Below are positions 27,234 through 40,585 of a stretch of DNA of 64,000 nucleotides, piece by piece (positions within the stretch are counted from its first letter, which is position 1; every line of letters starts with the position of its first letter). The stretch comes from Octopus vulgaris. Lineage: Eukaryota. The notes beneath the pieces were generated by a model. It was not told where the DNA came from. It did no database searches and was given only the letters and a program-made list of their open reading frames with translations. Both the position numbers and the translations under genes were made by a program. Location of the stretch: positions 111,538,001 through 111,602,000 of the forward strand of contig OX597821.1 of assembly GCA_951406725.2 (NCBI GenBank). The letters run 5' to 3'.

Positions 27234-28066
27234 ATAATAATAATAATGATGATGATGATGATGATGATCATGTTGATAAATAAACAAAAACTAAGCAAAA
27301 AAAGAGAAAAAGAAAAGAAAAGACTGTACGAGAAACTAGATTTGATTTGGGAGAAAAGAAAATGAGAAGGAAAAAACGAAATAGAAGAAGAAAAGAAAGG
27401 AAGGAAATGAATAAAGAAAGGGACCCAAGTTTGTATGAATATCACAGTGATAAAAGAAGGGTGAGAGTCGAGTTCTTTTGGTGCAACCTGTATTTGATAT
27501 AAGTTGAAAAAGTCTGCCATTGTGACGAAGACACCTCTCGCCTGACTCGTCTAAAAGAACGCTTAACATTATCAATGTCCGTCATATTTTGACAGTTCTC
27601 AGTCCACCATGTTGCTTGGTAGACTGCTGGCTAATCTTACAAACGTTTAGTAAGGAATTTCTTTGTTGTTTGTTAACAACATTTGACAATAAATAATTAA
27701 ATGAATAAATAAATAAATAAATGAAGATAAAATACAATAAAAAAGCAGGGCAAGAGAAAATGAAGAGAGAGAGAGAGAGGAAGAGGGATTTTTTTTGTTT
27801 TGTTGAGTTGATGTCAATAGGGGTACTGTATGTTTGTGTGTAGGATTCGTTGGTTATCCAGGATTGGTTTATCACGTGAACACAGTTGGTGAATGTGAAT
27901 ACTAATATTTGGGTTGCCGCTGGGTGAATATATTGTGTTTGTCTTTTTGCTGTCTCAAAGGATACTAATATTCAGTGAAATATAACAAAAAAGAAAAAAA
28001 GTAAAGAATGCAATTAAGTCAGATGATGTTGAGGATGATGATGATGATAACAACAACAACAACAGC

Positions 28067-28111
<45 letters not shown>

Positions 28112-28973
28112 AATCCTTTCTACTAAAGGCACAACGCCTGAAAATTTGGGGGAGGGGCCTAGTTGATTACATCGACCCCAGTGATTTTACAGTGGTTTCA
28201 TCGACCTCGAAAGGATGAAAGATAAAGTAGACCTGGGAGGAATTTGAACTCAGAACATAGCGACAGGCGAAATGCCGCTAAGTATTTCGTCCAGCGTGCT
28301 AACGGTTCTTATTTCTTTATTGCCCACAAGGGGCTAAACATAGAGGGAACAAACAAGGACAGACAAAGGGATTAAGTCGATTATATCGACCCCAGTGCGT
28401 AACTGGTACTTAATTTATTGACCCCGAAAGGATGAAATGCAAATTCGACCTCGGCGGAATTTGAACTTAGAACGTAGCGATAGGCGAAATACCTATTTCT
28501 TTACTACCCACAAGGGGCTAAACACAGAGGGGACAAACAAGGAGACAAACGGATTAAGTCGATTACATCGACCCCAGTGCGTAACTCGTACTTAGTTTAT
28601 CGACTCCGAAAGGATGAAAGGTAAAGTCGACCCGACGGAATTTGAACTGAGAACGTAACGGCAGACGAAATACCGCTAAGCATTTCGTCCGGCGTGCTAA
28701 CGATTCTTATTTCTTTATTGCCCACAAGAGGCTGAACATAGAGGGGACAAACAAGGACAGACAAAGGGATTAAGTCGATTAAATCGACCGCAGTGCGTAA
28801 CTGGTACTTAATTTATCGACCCCGAAAGGATGGAAGGCAAAGTCGACCTCGGCGGAATTTGAACTCAGAACGTAATGGCAGACGAAATACAGCTAAGCAT
28901 TTCGCCGGCCATGCTAACGTTTCTGCCAGCTCGCCGCCTGTAAGCGTGCTAACGATTCTGCCCGTTCGCTGCC
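28112..28973 (-). mobile_element. SINE A host copy containing a SINE A trimer
   Basis: Four tandem units; 17-bp duplication AGCGTGCTAACGRTTCT at 28293-28309 and 28943-28959. Confidence 0.88.
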
Positions 28974-28999
28974 TTAACAACGACAATAATAATGTTTTC

Positions 29000-30330
29000 T
29001 TTATTAACCAAAAAGGATTCACAAAACACTGGGGGTGGTACAGGACAGTATAATGTGGGGAGGTATAAAAGGTGTGTAAAAAATAAAACAGTAACAATAT
29101 AAAATTATAACAATGAACTCCCCCCAAAAGAGAGAGACTTTCTAGGGTTGCTCATGAAGACCCCACAAAAACCACTTTCGCCCTGACCATTAGGGTAAAT
29201 GTCCTCTCTGCATTTGTGTCCTTCAATTTACAGGCACATGCTTAGAGTAAGCCTGTTCACTCAGAGCATTCTTGCAGCATTCACCTACCTTTTAATAAAA
29301 TTGCTGGGAGGCAGCACTTCCCTCTCCACCCTCATTTTCCTTTTCAAGTGAAACTGGAAAAAATTAATGGGGGCTTGGCCAAAGAGGAAGGTTAATGCCT
29401 TCAGCTCTTTCAACCTGGTCCACCACGCAACCTCTTTCACTAAGGCCAGTCGGCAAAAAAAAAAAACACTGCTTGCCCTTCTCAGCCAAAGGAAGGCGGC
29501 GGGACGATCTTCACAATGGATTCAGCCGATAGCCAGTTCCGTCCTACACGTGACAACAGGTGTTCAACATAAACCCACAAGTTAGATATACACCTGCACT
29601 GGACGAGGACGTGAAAAACAGTTTCGCCGCTCTGCGCGCACCTCGGCCGCGGCCTGAAAGTCCTCTGGAATAGACGTCAGCTCATTCACATCGACACCCA
29701 GAGTTTCCCCATGAATGTCGTCGCATTTGCCCGTCACTAACCCTCTATGGAACACCAGAGTGGAACTCCCACCGACAGCATTGCCCATTCGATAGAGGGC
29801 TATGAGCGCCTCATGATACGCTATGTACCAGGGGCCCTGCTTCAGTCTAGGCTTGATCCAAGACTGCAGTTCAAAGAGACGAGCTGTGAAATATCCTGTT
29901 TGACAAACGGCGACCACATCTGCTCACCGTCAAGGAAGCACTGGAGATGTCGTAGCCTCAGCATGTTTGCACATCAGCAGCTACGACATGCCCAGCCCTT
30001 CATTCAGCGGGTGTTGACAGCAAATGGAGCTCTTGACCAATGGAATGCGTCCCTTCCACAGAAAGCGGAAGTGTATGTGCTCCAAAGTGGACAGTCGTAA
30101 ACTGGAGTAAGGCTCAACGGTCAGGCGGTAATTATGTGCCGGAGGCGACGTAAGCATTCGCCATCTCTGCTCGATATTTCAAGGAAAGCTTTCTCTCTAG
30201 TAATTTCTGAGTGAGATTGGCTACACTGCTCGTCAGTTCGTCCCAATTCTTCTCTACCCGAAGAACCGGACCAAACCTTGTTTGGATCCATTCTCAGCAG
30301 TGCCACCATTCCTCAACTCACAGAACTAGG
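29000..30330 (-). mobile_element. Decayed L1/Tx1-like LINE, ORF2 C-terminal region and 3' end
   Basis: Minus-strand translation FGPVLRVEKNWDEL...RKLSLKYRAEMANAYVAS...FRFLWKGRIPLVKSSICCQHPLNEGLGM, with frameshifts. Confidence 0.75.
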
Positions 30331-30886
30331 AATTCTCCCGTTCTGCTGCCCGTTGCGGTAGACAAACCTGCTAAACGGCAGCCAAACAAGTCTGGCATAT
30401 AAAAGCAAAGCTCGTTAATAAGCGAGTAAATATATTATCAAACAGATAAAAGAACAAACTCAAGAAAACCGTAGGATTTCAATCGTAAGAATCAAGTCGC
30501 TAAATGGTGGAAAGACAAACACTCGAAGGTAAGCTAAACAGAGGAAAATAAAATGGAAGAACCGCCATTTTTATTTTTTTAGTATTTTCGAGCGCAAGAA
30601 TACAATAAGTTTGTACAACGCTATCTGAGAAAATGATTTATGAAAGGCGACTGGTAGGAGGAGAGGTGGGTGGAGGAGCCTGAGTAAACAGTTGCACAGA
30701 AGACGGAGGGAGAATTAGAGAGGGAAAGAGAGAGAGAGAGAGAGGGAGGGGGAGGGAGGGAGAGAGTAGGTAAGAGATGGATAAAATATATTAGTTGAAG
30801 GCAAAGAAATATTTGACAAATGATTGTAATGAAGGAAATGAATAAAGGTTTATAAATACGCGAACACTCGTTCACACACATATACA

Positions 30887-30957
<71 letters not shown>

Positions 30958-31446
30958 ATTCATACATGCATACAGAGAGTGTGAGGGAGAGAGGGGGTGG
31001 GGTGATAATGAGAAGCTGTGTGATAAAGCTGACAGATATCAGACAACAAATAGAAAGAGGGGGGAGCGGGAAAGGAAATAGAAATTAACATATGTCAAAG
31101 AAAGGTAAGAAGACAGAGAGAGAGAGATGGAAGGAGAGAGGTGTGTGTGTGTGTGTGTGTGTGTGTGCTTGACAGAAAGATTGGTATTGAGTGAGAAAGA
31201 GAGGTGGCGGGTAAGGGTTGCTAAACGGGAAAAATATAAACGGAGTATGGACGAAAACTTAACTGAATGTGTGTGTGTGTGTGTAACGTGTGTATGTGAG
31301 TATGCATGAGTGGGAGAAAGAAAGAGAGAAGGAGCGAACGAGAGGTGTAGAGAGAGAAAACAAAGGGAATTATAAAGAGAAACAGAAATGATAGATTAAA
31401 AATGAGAGCAAGAGCTGAACCTGAAAAGATCATAAACTTGTAAACA

Positions 31447-31603
31447 TGAGTGGCTGTGTGGTAAGTAGCTTGCTTCCCAACCACATGGTTCCGGGTTCAG
31501 TCCCACTGCAAGGCATCTTGGGTATGTGACTTCTGCTATAGGCTCGGGCCGACCAAAGCCTTGTGGGTGGATTAGTAGACGGAAACTGAAAGAAGTCCGT
31601 CGT
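31447..31603 (+). mobile_element. SINE B, 5' half
   Basis: GTGGCTGTGTGGTAAG...GGTTCAGTCCC...GGAAACTGAAAGAAG. Confidence 0.85.
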
Positions 31604-31654
31604 ATATATAAATATACATAGAACTTACTTGGAAATGTTTGAGTAGCGGTCGAT

Positions 31655-32739
31655 CATATAATAATATAAATAATATATATATATATATATGCATATATAC
31701 ATATATATATATATATATGCACATACTTATGTATATATGTATATACACATGCATATATGGGTACAGGACATGAAAAACCGTAGACAAAATGAGAAACGAG
31801 AACATGAATTATAAAAACATGGAAACCGAACTTTTTTTGTGAACAACGAAAGAAACAAGTAGAAAAACGCGATAGGCAACAGAAACGACAGTCTCTTCGT
31901 CAGTTGTCCACTGTTTTATCTAATCCACATTGCGAGCTTTAGGACAAGATGCGTCTTCGTCAAAACAGTCGCTCCCGCAAAGCAAATTAAATAAAATTTA
32001 GGATTTTGCGGAGGGTCAAAGTTGCTAACAAAAACAGGACAGTTAAAAGAAACAGTAAGGGCTGTTAAGCCATAGCGAGGTGAAATGGTGAACGCTGGAG
32101 AACAAGCTTTGACAGGAGACAGACAAAAATGCATGCTATCCCTTGTAGCTGAACGAGAAGAAAGAAAGAAATTCGAGTTAGAAGAAAGATGGCCGCTGGT
32201 CACGTGTGAGCAACGAGAGAGTCAAGGAGGAGGAGTGACGGAGAGTGACGGACAGATACGGAATGGTGAAGGGAGAGGAGAAGAATTAGAGGAAGGGGGG
32301 CGGGAAGAAAAAAGAATAAAGAAAGAGGAAGAGAGAGAGAGAGAGGAATAGAGATAGTAATAGAAAAATGTCGCATCAGAATTATTACGGTAAAACTAAC
32401 TTGGAAATGGATGCGTGGCATTCAATCATATAATAATATAAATAATATATATATATGCATATATACATACATACATGTACATACTCACATATATATGTAT
32501 ATACACATGCATATATGGGTACAGGATGTCAAAAAGTGTAAACAACATGAAAAACGAGAAGATGAATTACAAAAACATGGAAAACGAACTTTTTTTGAAC
32601 AACGAAAGAAACAAATAGAAAAACGAGACAGGCGACATAAAGGACAATCCCTTCATCAGTTGTCCCCTGTTTTATCTACTCCGCAATCCGGGCGTTAGAA
32701 CAAGATGCGTCTTCGTCAAAACAGTTGCTCCCGCAAAGC
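31655..32739 (-). mobile_element. Family D element with diverged direct repeats (pseudo-LTR-like)
   Basis: 31740-31983 is similar to 32498-32739; a third copy lies at 46022-46203 (+). TTGACGAAG and CTGAYGAAG motifs. Confidence 0.65.
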
Positions 32740-33109
32740 TTCCGAACCGCATGGTTCCGGGTTCAGTCCCACTGCGTGGGAACTTGGGCAAGTGTGTCTA
32801 CAGTAGCCTCGGGCCGACCAAAGTTTTATGAGTGGATTTGGTCGGCGGAAACTGAAAGAAGCCCGTCGTATATATATATATATAGTTGTATATATTTGTG
32901 CGTGCGTGTCTGTGTTTGTCCTCCCACCATCGGTGGGCAACCGATGTTGGTGCGTTTACGGCCCCGTAACCGAGCGGTTCGGCAAAAGAGACCGATAAAA
33001 TAAGTACTAAGCTTACAAAGAATAAGTCCTTGGATTGATTTGTTCGACTAAAAGCCGGTGCTCCAGCATGGCCGCAGTGAAATGACTGAAACAAGTAAAA
33101 GAATAAAGA
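32740..33109 (+). mobile_element. SINE B, near full length
   Basis: Matches 37263-37610. Degenerate copies at 33655-34200, 36765-36978, 38229-38572 (-), 38597-38885 (+), 43370-43515 and 50883-51010. Confidence 0.85.
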
Positions 33110-34671
33110 ATATGGAATAGCACTCCGTCGGTTACAACGACGTAGGTCCCAGCAGATTCTATCAACGGAAGAGCCCTGCTCGTGAAATTAATGTGTAAGC
33201 GGTTGAGCACCCCACTCCACAGATGCGCGTAGTAGCCTTTACGTAGTTCTCAGGGAGATTCAACGTGACGCTGAGTGTGACAAGGTATTGCTCATTTTTA
33301 TCAGCTGAGTGGACTGGAACAACTTGAAATAAAGTGTCTTGCTCAAGGACACGACGCGCACCCAGGATTCGAACTCACTACCTTACGACTGAGAACCGAA
33401 TACCCTAACAAATGAGCCACGTGCTTTCAGTAACACACACGCGTGCCATATGCAATACGATATTATAGACCGATTTCGGGTGATTTTACGAATCGGTGTT
33501 GTAAAGACTATAGTATTGTGGGACTATCAGCAGGGAAAACTGCTGCAACAGATTTGGGATTAAGATAAATTGGCGTGAATAGTGAGTTGTTTCCCTTGCC
33601 GATGCTACTTCCGGATAATGAAATCTTTTAAAGCTCACGGATCGCTTCTCCGTTATCTTTTACTTGTTTCAGTCATTATACTGCGGCCATGTTGGGGGTA
33701 CCGCCTTAGAGATATATGAGTCGAATGAATCGACCCTAGTACAAATATTTTTTCTTTTTCTTTAAGCCTGGTACCTAACCGCTAAGTCATGGTGACTTTT
33801 TTGTTAACACGTGTGCTTAAGAAACTCGCTTTGCAATTACTTTGTTCCCACTTTAGCTCCACTGCGCGACATTTTGGGAAATTATCTTTTACTATAGCCC
33901 CGAGTCGACCAAAAACAAAACTGAGAGTGAATTTCGTAGGCGAAAACTATATAGAAACTCATCGTGTATGTGTGTATGTGGTGTGTGTGGGTGTGTGTAT
34001 CTTTGTGTATGTGTGCGGCTTTGTGTGTTTGTCCTCCACCAACGCTTAACAACCGGTGTTGGTTTGTTCATGTCACAATAATAACGGTTTGTCGAAAGAG
34101 GCCGAGAGATGAGTACTGGGACCAATCTGTTCGACTAAAACCCTTCGAAGCAGTGCCCCAGCATGGCCACAGTCAAATGGCTGAAAGAAGTTAAAGACTG
34201 AAGATGAAATATGTTAATGATCGATGTGATATTATCGAAAGTCTTTCCTAAAAGAAAGGCCTTCACGACTCTTGTCCATTGTCTTCGTCGTCTCCACTAC
34301 TCTTACTGTTACCAACAGGAACTCCATCGACTACATTTTTTTCCTTTTATATAGAGTTGGTATCTCGAGTAATCCCACAACTGAGTCAGCCATTCTCGAG
34401 GGAAAAGTTGATAGGAGAGCAATAAATATACATAAACACACACACACACATAGATAAATAAAGAAATGGAGTTAAACGCAAGTGTTATTCAAATCTTTAT
34501 ACTTCTGACATATGTTTCAAAGAAAACATTGGTATTATTCAAGAGGGAACAAAATGATGTAAAACAATGCGATCTCCTCATCAGGGGAAAAAAAGGAACA
34601 ACACACACATCAATAAGCCATTTTAACCGAATGTGATAACTGCGTATATGATGAAGGGAACGCTGACAAGT

Positions 34672-34705
<34 letters not shown>

Positions 34706-34707
34706 TA

Positions 34708-34923
34708 CGAGTGAGTGGACAAACGAAAGAAGGGCACTCAACCAATTTATTGGGACTTACATGTATGGATCAAAACAGTATGATTCAAATTCATTGGTAC
34801 TCTTGAGTTTCAAGCGCGATACTAGTCGTCAGCCATTTTGAGTTCAAAACAGAAGACGACTAGCATCAAGCTTGAAAATCAAGAGTACCAACGAATTTGA
34901 ATCATACTGTTTTGATCCATACA
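34708..34923. mobile_element. Microsatellite-flanked hairpin-plus-tail insert carrying a hammerhead fold
   Basis: 69-bp arms 34762-34830 and 34855-34923, with several mismatches. Confidence 0.7.
34795..34835 (-). ncRNA. Type I hammerhead ribozyme-like fold
   Basis: TGG-CTGACGA-ct-AGT-atcgc-GCT-t-GAA-ACTC-aa-GAGT-A-CCA. Confidence 0.6.
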
Positions 34924-36010
34924 CACACACACACATGAATATATATATATATATATGTGTGTGTGTGTATGTATGTATGTACATGTGTGTGCGCGCGTTT
35001 ATTTGCCTGTGTGTCTTGTATAGGTGGATTGATATCTTTGTGTATGTTTCTTGACAACCGGTGTTTTGCTTTCAGATCATTATCTAGCAGTTTGGCATCA
35101 AAAGTTCGATAGAATAAGCTAACAAACTAAAAATAAATGTAATGAATTTGTGTGACGAAATCCTTCAAGGAAATATCCTAGCATTGTCGTCAAGAAGAAA
35201 GAATATACAGAGAGAGAGAGAGAGAGATCTGAAATTAATATAAAATGTAAGCATCTGGTCAAGTTTCTTTTATTGCACTGGAAAATACCACCCTTTCCGG
35301 TTTAAGCATGCAGTTTTCCAAACTTTGATCTTCTCCCCGTTGAATTAATTTACACGAACCCTTTGTCGCGTTCCGATTCGAATGTGACAAAGGCAGGCAA
35401 CTCCTAATTTTCTTGCATTCTGTTTTTGTTTTATTCGTTCCACTTTTCACTTTTACCTTCTTTTCGGGCTTTTTTTTTTGCTTTAATCTCAAAGACCAAT
35501 GTCCTTTCTATTTTTTCCCCTTTGTCTTAAACAACAGACATGCTGTATATTTGAGCTTCAAAAGTTTTCTGGGAAATACACAAAGCGTTGTACCAGCTTA
35601 TCCGACAATCGTGCTTTTACGGCACGACACTAATAGTAACTAGAATTTAAATCCTGTGCATATTAAATACTGTGTATGTGTGTATACATATGTATATGTG
35701 TGTGTATTACAACTGGAGAAAGCTGGTATGTGTCCCATGTATATGTATATATGTAGGTATGTATAAATAGCGTTGTATTTGTGCATATATATATATATAT
35801 GTATATATGTATATATGTGTGTATATATATACGCATACATAGACATAATACATATATATATGTGTGTGTGTGTGTGTGTATGTATCTATTGTATGTATGT
35901 ATGTATGTATATGTGCGTGTATTATAAATGGAGAAAGCTGATATATATGTATATATATATATATATATATGTATATGTATGTATGTATTATCAGCTTTCT
36001 CCATTTAAAT

Positions 36011-36051
<41 letters not shown>

Positions 36052-36095
36052 TATACAGTCATATTTATATCCATACATATTTTGAAAGTGAGGGA

Positions 36096-36147
<52 letters not shown>

Positions 36148-36473
36148 GACTGAGGGAGAGTACAATATATTAATAAGCTACAGTTGAACAAATAAAACAT
36201 TTCTGTGTAAAATTTTTAATGTAAAACGTAAACACATCAAACTAACATTTATTGAAAACGGATAATTTATGTAGTTTCACGACTCATAAATTATAAGAGT
36301 TAATACATTGGGTAATCGGTTAGAAGTGTTCACAGAATAAACAGCCATACATTCTTACTCACACACACTCACACTCACACACACACACACACGCACACAC
36401 ACACACACACACTGACATAAACACGCACACACGTGCCTCAGTGTGTATACGTATCCGCGTTTGCGTGTGTATT

Positions 36474-36532
<59 letters not shown>

Positions 36533-36985
36533 GGCGGTGCCCCAGCATGGCCACAGCTCATAAGCTGAAACTAGAATCAATCAATCAATCATATACATTT
36601 GTATATATATATATATACATATATATTTGTGTGTGTATATATATATATGCATATATATATATATTTGTATATATATATATGCATATATATATATTTGTAT
36701 ATTATATATAGATATATGCGATATATGCATGGTTGAGTGTGTGCACGTGTGTGTACCTTTGCATCTGTTTTTGTGCCCTTCATTCCACCGTTTGACAACC
36801 GTTGTTGGTTTCCTTACGTCCAAGTAAATGGGCGGTTCGGCAAAAGATACTAGTAAAATATCTAATAGGCATATAAAAAAAGGAGTAGTGGGGTTGATTC
36901 ATTCGACAAAAAACTCTTGAATGCGTTGCTTGAGCATGGTCGCAGTTTAATGACGGAACCAAATAAACGATAAAAGGTATATGTA

Positions 36986-37037
<52 letters not shown>

Positions 37038-37046
37038 GTATATGCA

Positions 37047-37114
<68 letters not shown>

Positions 37115-37174
37115 TACATATACCTTTTATCGTTTATTTGGTTCCGTCATTAAACAGCGGCCATGCTCAAGCAA

Positions 37175-37262
<88 letters not shown>

Positions 37263-37264
<2 letters not shown>

Positions 37265-37610
37265 CGCAGGAGTGGCTGTGTGGTAAGTAGCTTGTTTACC
37301 AACCGCATAGTTCCGGGTTCAGTCCCACTGCGTGGCACCTTGGGCAAGTGTCTTCTACTATAGCCTCGGGCCGACCAAAGCGTGTGTGCGTTTGTGTGCT
37401 TGTGTTTGTCCCCCTAGCATTGCTTGACAACCGATGCTGGTGTGTTTATGTCCCTGTTACTTAGCGGTTCGGCCAAAGAGGCCGATAGTATAAGTACTGG
37501 GCTTACGAAAGAATAAGTCCCGGGGGCGAGTTGCTCGATTAAAAGGCGGTGCTCCAGCATGGCCGCAGTCAAATGACTGAAACAAGTAAAAGAATAAAAG
37601 AATAAAAGAA
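37263..37610 (+). mobile_element. SINE B with internal deletion
   Basis: GGCGCAGGAGTGGCTGTGTGGTAAG head through a (TAAAAGAA)n tail. Confidence 0.9.
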
Positions 37611-37634
37611 TATATATATATATATATATATATA

Positions 37635-38182
37635 CGTGACTGCCCCCTCGTTATCGAGTATGACCATTGCACGAAGCTTAATCAATGTTGTTATCGTGCA
37701 ATGCCTGTACAAGAAGATTTTTTTTTAAGTGAGGAAACGCTGTACACTGAGTCAATCCCACTCACTAAGCAACAGCAGCCCTAATCCGAAAAGAAGAACA
37801 AGTCAACATCATCGGTAACCACTGAGCCGCAGGTTTTATGTCGGAGTTATTCCAGTTACCTGAGTTACCGACTCCTAGAAGGACGCCCTAACAAAGGCTA
37901 GGAGTCCTTCACTCCCAATGGTTTAACCGCGCGATCGGGTATTACGTCTGATTATTTCTATGTCCCCGCGCATGATACAGCCTTAAGACATTTACTGGAT
38001 GGCCGTTGACTCTCAAGAGTTCCTCCGCCCTTTGACGGGTTTGTTTTTATCCCGCAGGGTGTCCAATAAACACCCTCCTCACCAAGCAAGCTTGGTGGGG
38101 TTGCCGGTTTAGTCGCCGACGACCCGACCATGCAACAGATTGTACTGGGTTACATGTTACCAGTAGCACTCGAAAGTGGCCT

Positions 38183-38186
<4 letters not shown>
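37635..38186 (-). mobile_element. Non-coding, highly structured insert in (TA)n, probably RTE 5'-UTR-derived
   Basis: Several hairpins; CTAGCCTTTGTTAGGGCGTCCTTCTAGGAG...AAACC resembles RTE 5'-UTR motifs as I recall them. Confidence 0.55.
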
Positions 38187-38226
<40 letters not shown>

Positions 38227-38954
38227 TATCTTTTATCTTTTACCTGTTTCAGTGATTGGACTGCGGCCCAGTAATTAATTTAATGGCTGGTGCTTATACT
38301 ATCCTCCCATACTATTTCGGGAACATTAACAAACCAACACCGATTGTCAAATAGTGGCGGGATACAAACACGAAGAAGCTCGCACGTGTACGTGCAGGGA
38401 CGTACACGCGCACACACACACGAAGAACTTTCAGTTTCTGTTTCCTAAATCCACTTACAAGCCTTTGATCAACTCCAGGCTATAGAAAAAAGATACTTAC
38501 TTCAGATGCCACACGGCGAGACTGAACCCAGGACCAGGTGGTTGGGAAGAAAGCTTCTTACCGCACAGCCCTGTTTTCGCCTCAAATGCAATACAAAAGC
38601 CTTGTGAGTGGATTTGGTAGAAAGAAACTGAAAGAAGCCCGTCGTATATATATTTATATATATATGTATATGTCTGTGTGTCTGTGCTTATCTCCACCCC
38701 TATCGCTTGACAACCGACGTTGGTGTGTTTACGTCCCCGTAAATTAGCAGCTCGACAAAAGAGACTGATAGAATAAGTAACTGGCTTACAAGGAATATGT
38801 TCTGAGGTCGATTCGTTCAGCTCAAAGGCGGTGCTCCAGGAGAGCCGCAGTGAAATGACTGCAACAAATAAAAAAGTAAAAGAGTTATATACTTTTCTAC
38901 ACTAGGCACAAGGCAAACAAAGTTTGTGGGGAGGGCTCACTCGATTAGCTTGAT

Positions 38955-39642
38955 GGTTTCCTTTCGTCCTTATATGGTCAGCTCTAACATATTGTGATCC
39001 GAGAGTAGCGTCGGTGTCACTTTTACATTATGATGAGATCCATATTATTTGTGAAGCAGAGATCCAGTATGTTACCTGCCCTGGTTGGTTGGAGTACTAT
39101 TTGTTCCATGTATAAAGTGTTGATGAGGTTCAGGAGGGACTTCACATGTCCTTGTTCGTATCGTGTCATTCCTGGGAGAGAAAGGCCCTCGGGTCATCTG
39201 ACATTGGGCAGATTGAAGTCTCCTATAAGAAGTACACTTATGTGTTGTTCTAATGTGACTAGAACTTCTATTTTTGTAAGGCAGTCTTCAAACTTGCCTA
39301 CATGATTCGGAGCATCAGGAGGGCGACATGTAGCACATATGACAACATCGAGTTATCTTATATGTACAATTAGTGTGTCACATACTGAGTTTGAATGTGA
39401 CAAAAGGACCTGGGGTGTGAGGTCTTCGCGGATGTACATAGCAACTCTACCATGACTCCTTTCTTTCCTGTCGGTCCGTAAAACAACATACTGTGGTATG
39501 TGTATTTCTGCATTTGCTATATCTGGTTTCAGGTGTGTTTCCGTAAGTGCTATGCATAAGGCTTGATCGCATGCAACAAGGTCTCTCAAGAAAAGGAGTT
39601 TTTGGTCCTCTTACTAAGTGTTAAAAGTCCCCTGATGTTCAG
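38955..39642 (-). mobile_element. CR1/Jockey-group LINE ORF2, AP-endonuclease fragment
   Basis: IALTETHL, RTDR...HGRVAMYIRE, CRPP, LLIGDFNLP, ILDLCFTN, LSDHN. Confidence 0.88.
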
Positions 39643-39762
39643 TACACACACACACACACACACATAGTGATGAATCATATGTGGTTATATGACGATTTAA
39701 AGTCTATTTCTCGGCATATCTGGCATAAGAATTTTTTCTTATGCTCTTATTTATAAGTTGCA

Positions 39763-39835
<73 letters not shown>

Positions 39836-39999
39836 CAGCATTGTTGCTCATTTGGATAAACCTTGTTTTAAAATTAATTTGACATAATTTAATTTAGATT
39901 ATTTACGTATCACAGTTATGCAATTATACATTTGGGAGAGTTAATGTTAATGAAACAGCTGTTGAGTACAACTGTAATATGAACTATATGGGAAATTTA

Positions 40000-40055
<56 letters not shown>

Positions 40056-40585
40056 GAATGAAAGTTAGTCCCTCCCGGTGGTTGTGCTGCAATGTAATAA
40101 ATAACATTGTAGAGTTTAGTGACCTGAGCACCTGTTGTTAATTGAGATTAATTATCGAGGATTTATTGTGATGCTCGTCTGTTTCGACGAAATACATTCA
40201 GTCGTTCAATCAATTAGAACCACCGCAGTATTTTTTTTGTTCTTTTACTTGTTACAGTCATTTCACTGCGGCCATGCCGGAGCACCGACTTTAGTCGAAC
40301 AAATCGACCCCTCCCAGGACTTATTCTTTGTAAGCCTAGTACTTATTCTACCGGGTGTTTTTGCCGAACCGCTAGGCTACGGGGACGTAAACACACCAAC
40401 ATCGGTTGTCAAGCGATGGTGTGTGGACAAACACAGACACACAAGTACATACATACATGCATACATACATACATACATACATACATACATACGTACGTAC
40501 ATACATACATACATACATACATATGATAGATCGCTAGCCACTAAAGCTGTTTAATTTTCTCTCTCTCCTTCTTTCTTTATGTGTT

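Noticed and set aside
28112-28973. CRISPR-like periodic array
   Set aside because: Units are whole SINEs with no unique spacers, in eukaryotic DNA with no cas genes.
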